Shown here piece by piece: positions 38,534 through 48,333 of a stretch of DNA of 64,000 nucleotides (position 1 is its first letter; the number at the start of each line of letters is the position of its first letter). The translations under genes were made by a program, and so were the position numbers. The notes under the pieces were generated by a model. That model was not told where the DNA came from, ran no database searches, and was given only the letters and a program-made list of their open reading frames with translations. This DNA comes from an uncultured Bacilli bacterium (GTDB lineage: Bacteria; Bacillota_I; Bacilli_A; RF39; UBA660). The DNA lies in the NCBI GenBank assembly GCA_934102215.1, contig CAKOSH010000003.1, forward strand, positions 59,187 through 123,186, written 5' to 3'.

Positions 38534-40600
38534 TTATTTTTTGTTTTTCTTTATATATTTACATTCAGGATAGTTAGAACATGATATAAATTTTCCATAT
38601 CTTCCTACTCTTTCAACTAACTTGTTTCCACATTCTGGGCAAATCTCTTCTAATTCTTTTGGTTCTTCCTGCTTAATATATTTACATTTTGGATAATTTG
38701 AACAAGCTGTAAATTCACCACGTTTTCCTTTTCTTATCACTAGCATACTTCCACAATTAGGACAGGTTTCTCCTGTTTCTTTTGGTTTTTCTTTTTCTTC
38801 GTGCTTTATATATTTGCATTCAGGATAATTTGAACAAGCAGTAAACTCACCATATTTTCCTTTTCTTAGAACTAATGCATTTCCACATAAAGGACAAGTT
38901 TCACCAGTTTCTTTAGGACTAACCTTTTCCATTTCTTTAAACGCTTTATTTAGTAGAGGCTCAAAATCTTTATAAAATTCATCAACAACAGTATCCCATT
39001 TCATTTTTCCTTCAGCAACTTCATCTAGTTCTTTTTCCATGTTGGCCGTGTAATCAACATTGATAATTCCAGAGAAGAATTCTTGAAGTTTGTCTGTAAC
39101 GTTTATACCTGTTTCGGTTGGATAGAATTTTTTATCTTTAAGTTCGACATATTCTCTATCCTTTAAGATTTTTATTATAGTAGCATAAGTACTTGGCCTA
39201 CCAATTCCTAACTTTTCAAGTTCAGCAATTAATTTTGCTTCTGTGAATCTTGGCTTTGGTTCTGTAAAATGTTGTATTTTTGATACTTTGTCTGATACGA
39301 TAACTGAAGACATATAGTTTGCAAAATCTGGAAGTACAGTATCTTCTATATCTTCGTAATCCTTATAAACTTTTAAATAACCATCAAAGACATATACCTG
39401 GCCAGTTGCATGAAATATATAATCATTGTTTTCTAAATCAACACTTGTGGATTCAACTTTAGCATCAGCCATTAGAGAAGCAAGTGTTCTTATATATATT
39501 AAATTATATAATTTATATTCATCTGTTTTTAAATATTTTTTGATACTTTCTGGTGTTCTATCTATACTTGTTGGTCTAATTGCTTCATGTGCATCTTGAA
39601 CATTTTCATTCTTTTTAGAAGACTTAGCATATCCAGCATAGTCTTTACCGTAATTATTTTTGATATATCTCTCTGTTTCTGTGACAAATAAATCAGAAAG
39701 TCTAATTGAATCAGTTCTCATATATGAAATAAGACCGACAGTTTCAGTGCCTATATTGATTCCTTCATATAACTTTTGAGCAATACTCATAGTTTTTGAG
39801 GCTGGGAATCCTAGACGATTAGATGCCATTTGAGTAAGTGTACTTGTTGTAAATGGTAATTTGCTTTGTTTATTTTTTAATTTTTTATCAACATTTACGA
39901 TATTGTAAGCATTTGATAATTTATTTATAATTTCATCTGCCTCTACTTTACTATTGATTTCTATATCTTTACCTTTATATTTTGTTAATTCTGCTTTAAA
40001 ATCTTTGAAATCTGTTTCAATTGTGTAATATTCTTTTGGGGTGAATGCTTCTATTTCTCTTTCTCTATCAACAATTAACTTTAAAGCGACACTTTGTACT
40101 CTACCTGCACTTTTACCTTCAGTTTTATTTTGCATTAATCTACTCAATCTAAATCCAATTATTTTATCAAGCATAAGCCTTGATTCTTGACTATGAACAA
40201 GATTATCATCTATTTTTCTTGGATGTTTAAATGATTCAAGTATTGCTGGCTTAGTTATTTCATTAAATACTACTCTTTCATAATTGTTATCTTTTATATT
40301 AAGAGCCTCTTTTAAATGCCAACTTATTGCTTCTCCTTCACGGTCTGGATCGGTTGCGAGTATAACATTATCACAATCTTTGATTGCTGATTTTAACTCT
40401 TTTACGACTTTGCTTTTTTCTTTTAAAATAACGTAATTAGGTTTATAACCATTTTCAAGATCAATGCCAAGTCCAAACTTACCAGTATTTGATAAATTTC
40501 TTATATGACCTTTACTTGATAATACCTTATAATCACTGCCTAGATATTTTTCAATTGTTTTACTTTTACTAGGGCTTTCTACTATAACAAGATTCTTCAT
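38534..40600 (-). CDS. topA: DNA topoisomerase I with three C-terminal C4 zinc ribbons
   Basis: TOPRIM N-terminus (LVIVESPSKSKTI), catalytic Tyr region, three CPxCG...CSNYPxC repeats. Confidence 0.9.
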   Translation of the reverse strand: MKNLVIVESPSKSKTIEKYLGSDYKVLSSKGHIRNLSNTGKFGLGIDLENGYKPNYVILKEKSKVVKELKSAIKDCDNVILATDPDREGEAISWHLKEALNIKDNNYERVVFNEITKPAILESFKHPRKIDDNLVHSQESRLMLDKIIGFRLSRLMQNKTEGKSAGRVQSVALKLIVDREREIEAFTPKEYYTIETDFKDFKAELTKYKGKDIEINSKVEADEIINKLSNAYNIVNVDKKLKNKQSKLPFTTSTLTQMASNRLGFPASKTMSIAQKLYEGINIGTETVGLISYMRTDSIRLSDLFVTETERYIKNNYGKDYAGYAKSSKKNENVQDAHEAIRPTSIDRTPESIKKYLKTDEYKLYNLIYIRTLASLMADAKVESTSVDLENNDYIFHATGQVYVFDGYLKVYKDYEDIEDTVLPDFANYMSSVIVSDKVSKIQHFTEPKPRFTEAKLIAELEKLGIGRPSTYATIIKILKDREYVELKDKKFYPTETGINVTDKLQEFFSGIINVDYTANMEKELDEVAEGKMKWDTVVDEFYKDFEPLLNKAFKEMEKVSPKETGETCPLCGNALVLRKGKYGEFTACSNYPECKYIKHEEKEKPKETGETCPNCGSMLVIRKGKRGEFTACSNYPKCKYIKQEEPKELEEICPECGNKLVERVGRYGKFISCSNYPECKYIKKNKK

Positions 40601-40719
40601 ATTTCTCCTTTTCTATTTCTCTTCACAAAAATAATATTAACATTAATATTTTATTTGTCAAGAAATTATTTCTTTTGCCTCTACTAATTATATATACGAA
40701 AAGTTTTAAAAACACTACT

Positions 40720-40763
40720 TTTTTTAAAAAAAACATTTAAAAAAGTAGAACTAAATCTACTTT
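40720..40763 (-). terminator. Rho-independent terminator after the coat-protein-like gene (AAAGTAGA-ACTAAA-TCTACTTT plus T-run)
   Basis: 8-bp stem followed by T8 on minus strand. Confidence 0.55.
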
Positions 40764-40780
40764 CTTCCAAAATAATTATA

Positions 40781-41233
40781 TTATAAACATTCTACATAGG
40801 TATCATTTAAGCATCTTATTGAGCATAAACAATTACAATCCATTGTGAAAATTGAATCTGTACTTACATATGGATAAAGTGAAGTTGTATCAGGGTTTGC
40901 AGCTAGAACTCTAAATGTGCAGCAGCATCCATCTACTTTTTCAACTCTAAATACTGAACTAGTTGTATCTGTTTCTGTTCTACTTACAGGCATACTCCAA
41001 GGTGTGCCATTTCCACAGCAAGTATATAACATAATTGGACGAGTGTTGCATATTACACAGTTAGTGCCGCCACCTAAAGCAGGTCTATCACATGAAAGTA
41101 AGCAATTATCAGGGCAAGCATTAGACTGTAATACATTAATAACTTGTAATATTTCCATTATGCAGTTATCACATGTATTGCAATTGTTTTCATTATTATT
41201 ACACATATAATCCACTCCTTTATTTCTATTCAT
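40781..41233 (-). CDS. Cysteine-rich spore coat/exosporium protein of the CotY/CotZ/ExsY family
   Basis: Over 20 Cys in 150 aa; block SSVFRVEKVDGCCCTFRVL matches the CotZ/CotY signature ...FFRVEKL.DCCATL... Confidence 0.6.
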   Translation of the reverse strand: MNRNKGVDYMCNNNENNCNTCDNCIMEILQVINVLQSNACPDNCLLSCDRPALGGGTNCVICNTRPIMLYTCCGNGTPWSMPVSRTETDTTSSVFRVEKVDGCCCTFRVLAANPDTTSLYPYVSTDSIFTMDCNCLCSIRCLNDTYVECL

Positions 41234-41279
41234 TAATATGGTATGAATTATATTTATTTTTAGTTACATTATTTACCTA

Positions 41280-41558
41280 TTATTTAGTATATATTGGTGT
41301 TAAATTCTTATATTTATTTGGTACATTTAGTACAGTTACTAGTTTATTATTTTTAATTATATATATGTAGTTATTATAAACTGTTATTTTATGTTTGTTT
41401 TTATGTGCTAAATAGTCTAGGAATCTTCTAAAGTCACCATCGTATTGATAGTTATAATTTCCTTTCATTCTTGCTTGTTTGTAGTTGTGTCTTGTGTTTC
41501 TTACACCTACTCTTTCTTTAATTCTTTTCTTTCCGTGTTTAGTTACTATTCTTTTCAT
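41280..41558 (-). CDS. Hypothetical small basic protein
   Basis: 92-aa ORF, Lys/Arg/Tyr-rich; no motif. Confidence 0.35.
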   Translation of the reverse strand: MKRIVTKHGKKRIKERVGVRNTRHNYKQARMKGNYNYQYDGDFRRFLDYLAHKNKHKITVYNNYIYIIKNNKLVTVLNVPNKYKNLTPIYTK

Positions 41559-41564
41559 TCTTTT

Positions 41565-41936
41565 TTAATACCCCATTCTTTTAATTTTACTTATAATTTC
41601 ATCTTTATTAAATAATAGTATATCTTGTGAATTGTTGCTTATATCATATAGGATGTCACATAGTTTATCAATGCTGTAATCATATTTAAAATGTCTTGCT
41701 GATTCTAGCCATAGTTCATTTAATATATTTATTAATTTATAAGCGTTATCATGAGAATTAAATACCATTATTAACGAATCGTATTCATATAATCTTGTGA
41801 TATTTAATGTACCAAGTTTATTTCTTAATTCATTTAGTTCATCTTTATTTAGAATTTCTTTGTGTTCTGTTTCTGGTGCTTCTTCAAAAAATGTATTTAT
41901 AATTTTATTTTTAATATTATTTAATACTTTTATCAT
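41565..41936 (-). CDS. Hypothetical protein
   Basis: 123-aa ORF, tightly packed with neighbours. Confidence 0.35.
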   Translation of the reverse strand: MIKVLNNIKNKIINTFFEEAPETEHKEILNKDELNELRNKLGTLNITRLYEYDSLIMVFNSHDNAYKLINILNELWLESARHFKYDYSIDKLCDILYDISNNSQDILLFNKDEIISKIKRMGY

Positions 41937-41950
41937 TTTAATATTACTTT

Positions 41951-42415
41951 TTAATAAACTTCTTTTAATATTTCTATCATACTCAAATTATGAATTTTAT
42001 TGCCTTTTACTTTGTAAGTGCTGATAAGTTTCTTACATAAATTATTGATATTGCAATTTACTTTTAACTCTTTTTCAGTAAATATGATAAGGTAAGTTAA
42101 TATTCCAGTTAATTCATATGATAATTCTTTATCTTTTGTTTCTTTCATTAGTTTTGAAAATGCATATAGACTAGTGATACTTGATTCTCCTACTTGATCG
42201 TATAGTTTTAAAAATTCTTCTTTTGATAATTCATTTTCATTTGTATCAAATAATGTCTCACCATTAATAATGAGTTTCAATAATGTTTTTCCTTTCTTAT
42301 TATTATCGTTTTCTTTTGTAATTAAATTTTCTTTAATGTTTCTTTTTTCCATTATACTTTCTCCTTTTGATGGCATAAGTATAACATGCGTTTTTTTATA
42401 TCTTGTGTTTTTCAA
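41951..42415 (-). CDS. Hypothetical protein
   Basis: 154-aa ORF. Confidence 0.35.
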   Translation of the reverse strand: MKNTRYKKTHVILMPSKGESIMEKRNIKENLITKENDNNKKGKTLLKLIINGETLFDTNENELSKEEFLKLYDQVGESSITSLYAFSKLMKETKDKELSYELTGILTYLIIFTEKELKVNCNINNLCKKLISTYKVKGNKIHNLSMIEILKEVY

Positions 42416-42474
42416 AAAAAATTCGAGAAAAAAAGCACAAAAATGTGCTTTTGCTTTACATACTTTACATAGAA

Positions 42475-43857
42475 TTACGTATAAAATATGATTTTTTCAC
42501 TCTTTTTAAGGTTCTTTTGACTGCTGTTTTCTGGTTCTTCTTGTGTTTTCTCTATCTCTAAACTTCTAATTAATTCTAAAATATCCTCTATAGACTCTTC
42601 TGTACTTAATTCAAATTGTATATTATTTTTAAATAATCCAGTTTGTATTAGTGATTTAATTGATAATAATATTGACTTTCTTAAATCATTAAAGTAACTA
42701 TCTTTTAGTCTGTTAGGATCTACTTCATTTTCATTTTCTTTTACTTCAAGAGCATAAATAGTAGCAAAATTTCTTAATATTTTTCTTTGTTCTAATATAC
42801 TATAACTATCTTTTGTTTTTAAGAATAGTTCCATAAGTTTATCTAAGTCGTCTAGTGAAATTGATGTTTTCTCTTGTGTTTTTGAAATAAAATGTGATAA
42901 ATATTCATTTTTTAATTCATCTAGTTTTTCTACTAGGGTTGTATTTTCTCCTTTTGTAAACATTAATTCAAATTCGAGTCTTGCTTCTAATGAAATAAGT
43001 GCTGACTCCGATACTGTTTTATTTTGCATGATATCTATACTATTTAAAGCACGCTCATATTCTTCACTATAAAATTTACTTCTTTCTGGATTTATACTTT
43101 CTAATCTGCTTATCATATATTCTATATTTTCCATACTTATTGTAAGAGTATTTTGACTTTGTCTTTGTGGTTTTTCTTTTTTTCTTTTAGATATTTCTGT
43201 TACTTCTACCTCTTCACTTAAAACATTTTTATTTGATTCATATGTTATTTTGTCTATTCTTTTTTGTTTTTTCTTTTCACCAAAGAACATTCTATCATAT
43301 TCATTTAAATATTCATCTAAATCATTTTTATCAGCTACTTCTTCAAACATCATGACTGAATATATTTTCTCATAGTTTGGATGTCTATACTCTGTTTCTA
43401 TTTTAATTGTGAATGTTGATGCATTTGGGCATGATGGGATATCAGTGAGAGTATATTTCATAAATTTTGTATGACTATCACTTATTGGAAATAATTTTCC
43501 GCTTAGTAGTTCTCTTGCATATATATTACCTTCAGCATCTTCTACTTTTTCATACATTAGATTTAGTAAAACATCATTTTCATATATGGTTGGTCCTACA
43601 TCTTTAAATACATTATTTAATGATGCGATCATTTGTGGAGATGTTACTTCTACACTGCTTTTTCTATTAAAAGTTCTAAGTGCTTCTTTAGATAAGCTTT
43701 GTATTATATCGCATATTTCTATATCTGAGATTCTTCTTCCATCTAATTCTACTACTCTGTATCCATAACCTTGTAGTGCCACGTCTACGCTAGGATAATC
43801 TGTAGCATCAGCACAAGATATTAAACATCCTTTAAAATATTGCTTCATATTAATCAC
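42475..43857 (-). CDS. Hypothetical protein, tandem paralog A (460 aa)
   Basis: Shares N-terminal block YEKVEDAEGNIYARELLSGKLFPIS, basic linker KRKKEKPQRQSQNT and a 200-aa helical C-terminal domain (about 70% identical) with 43914..45263. Confidence 0.5.
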   Translation of the reverse strand: MINMKQYFKGCLISCADATDYPSVDVALQGYGYRVVELDGRRISDIEICDIIQSLSKEALRTFNRKSSVEVTSPQMIASLNNVFKDVGPTIYENDVLLNLMYEKVEDAEGNIYARELLSGKLFPISDSHTKFMKYTLTDIPSCPNASTFTIKIETEYRHPNYEKIYSVMMFEEVADKNDLDEYLNEYDRMFFGEKKKQKRIDKITYESNKNVLSEEVEVTEISKRKKEKPQRQSQNTLTISMENIEYMISRLESINPERSKFYSEEYERALNSIDIMQNKTVSESALISLEARLEFELMFTKGENTTLVEKLDELKNEYLSHFISKTQEKTSISLDDLDKLMELFLKTKDSYSILEQRKILRNFATIYALEVKENENEVDPNRLKDSYFNDLRKSILLSIKSLIQTGLFKNNIQFELSTEESIEDILELIRSLEIEKTQEEPENSSQKNLKKSEKIIFYT

Positions 43858-43913
43858 CTTTGAGTGATATTATATATTATTTTTTAGCAAAAGAAAAGAA
43901 CTTTTATAGTCCA

Positions 43914-45263
43914 CTACATAACTAATTCAAGTTCTTTTGCATCTTCTAATGATATTTTCTTAAATTCTAAGTTTTTAATTAAATTTAGTATTTCTTCTGT
44001 ATTTTCAGTATCTGTTAACTCTGTTATTATATTGTCTTTAACATATCCACTTTCTACTAAAGCATTTATAAATAATAATATAGATTTTTTTAAATCTTCA
44101 AAATAGCTATCTTGTAGTCTTTCAACAGTTACTTCGCTTTCATTTTCTTTAACTTCTAAAGCATAAACACTAGCAAAGTTTCTTAGTATTTTTCTTTGTT
44201 CTAAAATACTATAGCTATCTTTTGTTTTTAAAAATAGTTCCATTAGTTTATCTAAATCATCAAGTGTTATTGATGTTTTTTCTTGCGTTTCACTCACAAA
44301 ATGTAATAAATATTCTTTTCTTAATTCTTCTAACTTATCCGTTAAAGAAGTATTTTCTCCTTTTGCAAACATTAATTCAAATTCAAGTTTTGCTTCTAAT
44401 GCGATTAATGCTGCTTCTGATACCATTTTATTTTGCATAATATCTTCTATATTTAATACTTGATCATATTCTTCACTAAATTCTTTTGCTTTTGCTGGAT
44501 TAACTTTTTTTAGTTTTTGTATTAAATATTCAATGTTTTCCATACATTTTGTAGTAATATTTTGACTTTCTCTTTTTCTTTTTTCTTTCTTTTTAGGCTT
44601 AATAGGATACACTTCTACTTCACTATCAAGAGTATTTGACATGGAATCCTCTCTTACTTTGCTTAAAAACTTTTCTTTTGCTTTTTGATGTCTAAATCCA
44701 CCATCAAATTGTGTTTTATAATTTTCCACATCATTTGGTGAAGCAATTTTATAATCAGTAACAATTTTTTCTATTCTAGCATAATTAACATGATTAGAAT
44801 CTGAAGAAATAGTAAGATCACAATAATCAACAATGCTTCCATTGGTTACTAATCTTTTAACAGTATATACCTTTGTTTCAACAGCACCATCGCATGAGAT
44901 TGGAAATATAGAACCAGTTAATAATTCTTTAGCATATATATTTCCATCTTGATCTTCTACTCTCTCATATATTATTTCTTCATAAGTGCTGTTGTCGATA
45001 TAATAATGTTGTGTATTAGAATATTCTTTATTTAATATTTTGATTATTTCTTCATCATCAATTTGAAATGTTTCAAATTCAGTTATTCTATTAGATAATG
45101 ATTTTAAATAATTTGTTAATATTTTTTGACTTTTACTATCTATATTAGCAAAGTCTTTACCATTTAATTTTGAAAAACTACCATAGCTATATATTAATCT
45201 TACATCTATTGGTTTTATAGCATTCTTTGGTATTACTCTACCTTTATATAACATATTAATCAC
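43914..45263 (-). CDS. Hypothetical protein, tandem paralog B (449 aa)
   Basis: See paralog A; the upstream 55 bp (RBS/promoter region) is also duplicated (CATATTAATCACCTTT...AAAGAAAAGAACT). Confidence 0.5.
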   Translation of the reverse strand: MINMLYKGRVIPKNAIKPIDVRLIYSYGSFSKLNGKDFANIDSKSQKILTNYLKSLSNRITEFETFQIDDEEIIKILNKEYSNTQHYYIDNSTYEEIIYERVEDQDGNIYAKELLTGSIFPISCDGAVETKVYTVKRLVTNGSIVDYCDLTISSDSNHVNYARIEKIVTDYKIASPNDVENYKTQFDGGFRHQKAKEKFLSKVREDSMSNTLDSEVEVYPIKPKKKEKRKRESQNITTKCMENIEYLIQKLKKVNPAKAKEFSEEYDQVLNIEDIMQNKMVSEAALIALEAKLEFELMFAKGENTSLTDKLEELRKEYLLHFVSETQEKTSITLDDLDKLMELFLKTKDSYSILEQRKILRNFASVYALEVKENESEVTVERLQDSYFEDLKKSILLFINALVESGYVKDNIITELTDTENTEEILNLIKNLEFKKISLEDAKELELVM

Positions 45264-45287
45264 CTTTAAATAGTATTATATATTATT

Positions 45288-45320
45288 TTTAAATAAAAGA
45301 AAAGAACTATTACTAGTTCT
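45288..45320 (-). terminator. Rho-independent terminator of the rplU-prp-rpmA operon (AGAACTAGTAATAGTTCT plus TTTCTTTTATTT), overlapping the rpmA stop
   Basis: 7-bp stem, 4-nt loop, U-tract on minus strand. Confidence 0.55.
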
Positions 45321-45597
45321 CATAAACGCTAACTTGTTTTTTGTCTTTTCCTTTTCTTTCAAACTTTACATTTCCATTAATTTTAGCATATAAAGTATGA
45401 TCTTTACCCATTCCTACATTGTTTCCTGGATAAATTTTAGTTCCTCTTTGACGATAAATTATTGCGCCAGCTTTAGCAGTTTGTCCGTCGCTTAACTTAG
45501 CACCTAATCTACGACCAGCAGAATCTCTACCATTCTTTGTAGAACCAACACCTTTTTTAGATGCGAATAATTGTATATTTAACTTCATCTTATTCAT
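45313..45597 (-). CDS. rpmA: 50S ribosomal protein L27 with N-terminal propeptide ([16 protein letters not shown])
   Basis: [19 protein letters not shown]... matches Firmicute L27 including the Prp cleavage site (F/A). AAGGAGG RBS before ATG at 45595-45597. Confidence 0.9.
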   Translation of the reverse strand: MNKMKLNIQLFASKKGVGSTKNGRDSAGRRLGAKLSDGQTAKAGAIIYRQRGTKIYPGNNVGMGKDHTLYAKINGNVKFERKGKDKKQVSVYEN

Positions 45598-45904
45598 GGT
45601 TTTCCTCCTTAATATTAATATTTTTATCATAATTTTCTCTTAGTTCCTTCATCATTTGAACTAAGTTGTTAAGTAAGCCATTTGTTATATTATCTTTCTT
45701 GATATTAATAATTTCTAAATCATTAGTATCAGTATAACTAATAGCATCTTTGTCAAACTCAAGTATTGCATTTACAGTAGTAATAATCATAGTACTAAAA
45801 GATGCACAAACTATATCTTTTCCATCTCTTGAATAATTCGCATGACCATTACAATGAATACTCTCGATAACATTATTTTTTTTAGTAATTCTTACTTTTA
45901 TCAT
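45590..45904 (-). CDS. prp: Ribosomal-processing cysteine protease Prp (YsxB, DUF464)
   Basis: His/Cys dyad context [21 protein letters not shown]; conserved position between rplU and rpmA. Confidence 0.85.
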   Translation of the reverse strand: MIKVRITKKNNVIESIHCNGHANYSRDGKDIVCASFSTMIITTVNAILEFDKDAISYTDTNDLEIINIKKDNITNGLLNNLVQMMKELRENYDKNINIKEENHE

Positions 45905-46203
45905 TACTTAGAAATAGATTTGATAAGAATCTTAGTATAAGGTTGTCTATGTCCTTGAGTTTTTCTATATTTTTTCTTTGGTTTATATTTAAACACAAGT
46001 ACTTTCTTTTGTTTACCATGTTTTAATACTTTAGCAACAACTTTAGCACCCTTAACAGTAGGAGTTCCTACCTTACCATCAACATATAAAACTTCATCAA
46101 AAACAACTTCTGATTCTACTTCATTATCTAGTTTTTCAACATATAGTTCTTGTCCTTCTTCAACCATATATTGTTTTCCACCAGTTACGAAAATTGCTTT
46201 CAT
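45904..46203 (-). CDS. rplU: 50S ribosomal protein L21
   Basis: [25 protein letters not shown]... matches L21. Confidence 0.9.
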   Translation of the reverse strand: MKAIFVTGGKQYMVEEGQELYVEKLDNEVESEVVFDEVLYVDGKVGTPTVKGAKVVAKVLKHGKQKKVLVFKYKPKKKYRKTQGHRQPYTKILIKSISK

Positions 46204-46309
46204 TTTATTCCTCCTTCAATAAGACTCGCTTTTAAGGCAAGAATTTTTCATCTTTTAAATAACCTTTTCAATGCGGTTGTAGAGAAAGATTTCTACAAAC
46301 ATGGATATT
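46204..46309 (-). promoter_or_regulatory. rplU leader region with sigma-A-like promoter TTGACA-N17-TAAAAT and a stem-loop (possible L21 leader)
   Basis: Minus strand TTGACAGAACCACGTATTTATGCTAAAAT followed by inverted repeat TGTAGAGAAAGATTTCTACA. Confidence 0.4.
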
Positions 46310-47053
46310 TTAGCATAAATACGTGGTTCTGTCAAATAATTTCTTTAAGTATTTCTTCTCTAACATATTATTTATTATGTGATAATTATCTCTTTTTAAA
46401 TTATTTATATTATTGATTATTCTTGTTCTTTTAAAATTATAATCATTTAGATATCTTTCTAATAAGAATTTATTATATTTGTATTTTAGATTATTTATTT
46501 CTAAGATGATACATTTTATTAAAAATAATGTTAAAAGTAATCCTAAATATGTTCTTTTTGATAATAAAAATATTATAGTAAAAATAATAGAAATTACTAT
46601 TGATATTTTAAATGAAAGTTTATATGGAAATATTTTATCGAGTATGATATTTAGTAGTTTACCACCATCAAGTGGTAGTATTGGAAGAAAGTTATATGAT
46701 ACGAGTAGTTTATTTATATTATTAATTATATTATAGGTATGATATGTTACATAGTTATTTTGATATAGAATGAGTATTAAATAAACAAAACATAATTGAA
46801 ATGTGATACCACCTATTAAAGTAAAAAGTTCTTTATTTACGCTTACATTTAAGTCTTCATTATAATTAGTTATACCACCAAATGGATATATTACTATTTC
46901 ACTATATTTAAAGTCTACTATTTTGCTAAAGATATAGTGTCCACTTTCATGAATAAATATTATCAATAAAAAAAGATATACATACTCAAAATATCCACTT
47001 AAAAAAGATAAAAGAACGAATATATATGTTGTATTATGTATATTAATTTTCAT
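46310..47053 (-). CDS. spoIVFB: Site-2 protease (M50), SpoIVFB-like pro-sigma-K processing enzyme
   Basis: HESGH (HExxH) in TM helix and LPILPLDGGKL (LDG motif); located upstream of rplU as spoIVFB is in Bacillus. Confidence 0.7.
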   Translation of the reverse strand: MKINIHNTTYIFVLLSFLSGYFEYVYLFLLIIFIHESGHYIFSKIVDFKYSEIVIYPFGGITNYNEDLNVSVNKELFTLIGGITFQLCFVYLILILYQNNYVTYHTYNIINNINKLLVSYNFLPILPLDGGKLLNIILDKIFPYKLSFKISIVISIIFTIIFLLSKRTYLGLLLTLFLIKCIILEINNLKYKYNKFLLERYLNDYNFKRTRIINNINNLKRDNYHIINNMLEKKYLKKLFDRTTYLC

Positions 47054-47591
47054 CTATATTAACTGGTTTATTGTCTTTTAAAAGAACATAATAATATTCA
47101 TTACTTGCTGTACCTATTATTTCACCAGATTCAATATAGTCATAAAGTTTAACTGATTCTTTTACATTTCCATACCAAGCATAATAACCATTGCTTTGTT
47201 GAATTATTATTGTATTGTTATAACCATCTTTATTACCAATAAATGTAACTATTCCACTATCTTTTAAATATATATTTTCACTTTTACCTACCATATATTT
47301 AATACCATCTTTATATTTTTCATGCTTTGTTTCTTCTTTAAATACCTTTCTTGTATCATTATTTTTAAATACATCTGTTGTCTTATTCATAAACTTATTT
47401 ATGAAGCTAAAATCTATCGTACTATTTAATACTTTATTAGTAACGAAATCTCTAAATTTAGGTGAATAATTACTTATAATAACAACTAACATTGTAAAAA
47501 TAACTATTGTAAATAGTTTACTCATGAATGTTTTAAATATACTTTTACCACCTGTTTCTTTTTTATTATTTTTATATTCTTCGTATGTCAT
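47043..47591 (-). CDS. spoIVFA: SpoIVFA-like protein (TM plus degenerate LytM/M23 domain)
   Basis: Single N-terminal TM; C-terminal region with M23-like beta-barrel blocks lacking metal ligands; position upstream of spoIVFB. Confidence 0.45.
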   Translation of the reverse strand: MTYEEYKNNKKETGGKSIFKTFMSKLFTIVIFTMLVVIISNYSPKFRDFVTNKVLNSTIDFSFINKFMNKTTDVFKNNDTRKVFKEETKHEKYKDGIKYMVGKSENIYLKDSGIVTFIGNKDGYNNTIIIQQSNGYYAWYGNVKESVKLYDYIESGEIIGTASNEYYYVLLKDNKPVNIDEN

Positions 47592-47608
47592 ATTAAATTA
47601 TATAATGT

Positions 47609-48286
47609 TTATTCTTTTTTATGCATATTTTCATAGAAACTATAATAGTTATCTTTACCAATTATTATATGATCAAGAAGTGGTATTGCCATAATACTTC
47701 CTATTTCAAATAGTTTGTTAGTAAGGTCTATGTCTTCATTTGATGGTGTCGTATTATTTGATGGATGGTTATGTATCACTATTATTGAGTGAGCACTTTC
47801 TAAAAAAGCATGTTTAAATATTTCTCTTGGATGAACTACAGATGTATTAATAGTACCTTTAAATAGTAATTTATATGATATTAATTCCATTTTAGGATTA
47901 AGATACAAAGCATAAAAATTTTCTTGTGTTTCGTTTATAAATAAGTCTTTAAATGTATCAAATATAAGTGTTGAATTATTAAGCTTTATTTTATCTTTTA
48001 TGTTTGTGTAATAGACTCGTTTTCCAAGTTCTAAAGAAGCTAATAGTTCTATTGCTTTTACACTGCCTATTCCTTTTATTTTAATAAGTTTATTATATGT
48101 AATATTTCTTAAATTTGTTATATCATGTATTTCTTTTAATAATGTTCTTGATAAATCTTTTACTGATATATTTTTAGTACCCGTCTTTAATATTATTGAA
48201 AGTAACTCTTCATTTGATAAAGAAGATGCTCCTGCGTTTAATAATCTTTCTCTTGGTCTTTCACTTTTGATTATATCTTTTATCAT
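47609..48286 (-). CDS. radC: RadC-family JAB-domain protein (UPF0758)
   Basis: ERPRERL N-terminal motif, HhH region, JAMM motif HNHPS...D; AGGGGGA RBS before ATG at 48284-48286 (ORF track start is an upstream GTG). Confidence 0.8.
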   Translation of the reverse strand: MIKDIIKSERPRERLLNAGASSLSNEELLSIILKTGTKNISVKDLSRTLLKEIHDITNLRNITYNKLIKIKGIGSVKAIELLASLELGKRVYYTNIKDKIKLNNSTLIFDTFKDLFINETQENFYALYLNPKMELISYKLLFKGTINTSVVHPREIFKHAFLESAHSIIVIHNHPSNNTTPSNEDIDLTNKLFEIGSIMAIPLLDHIIIGKDNYYSFYENMHKKE

Positions 48287-48333
48287 AAAAAATATCCCCC
48301 TATTATTTATATACGAGGAATATTTATAATACA

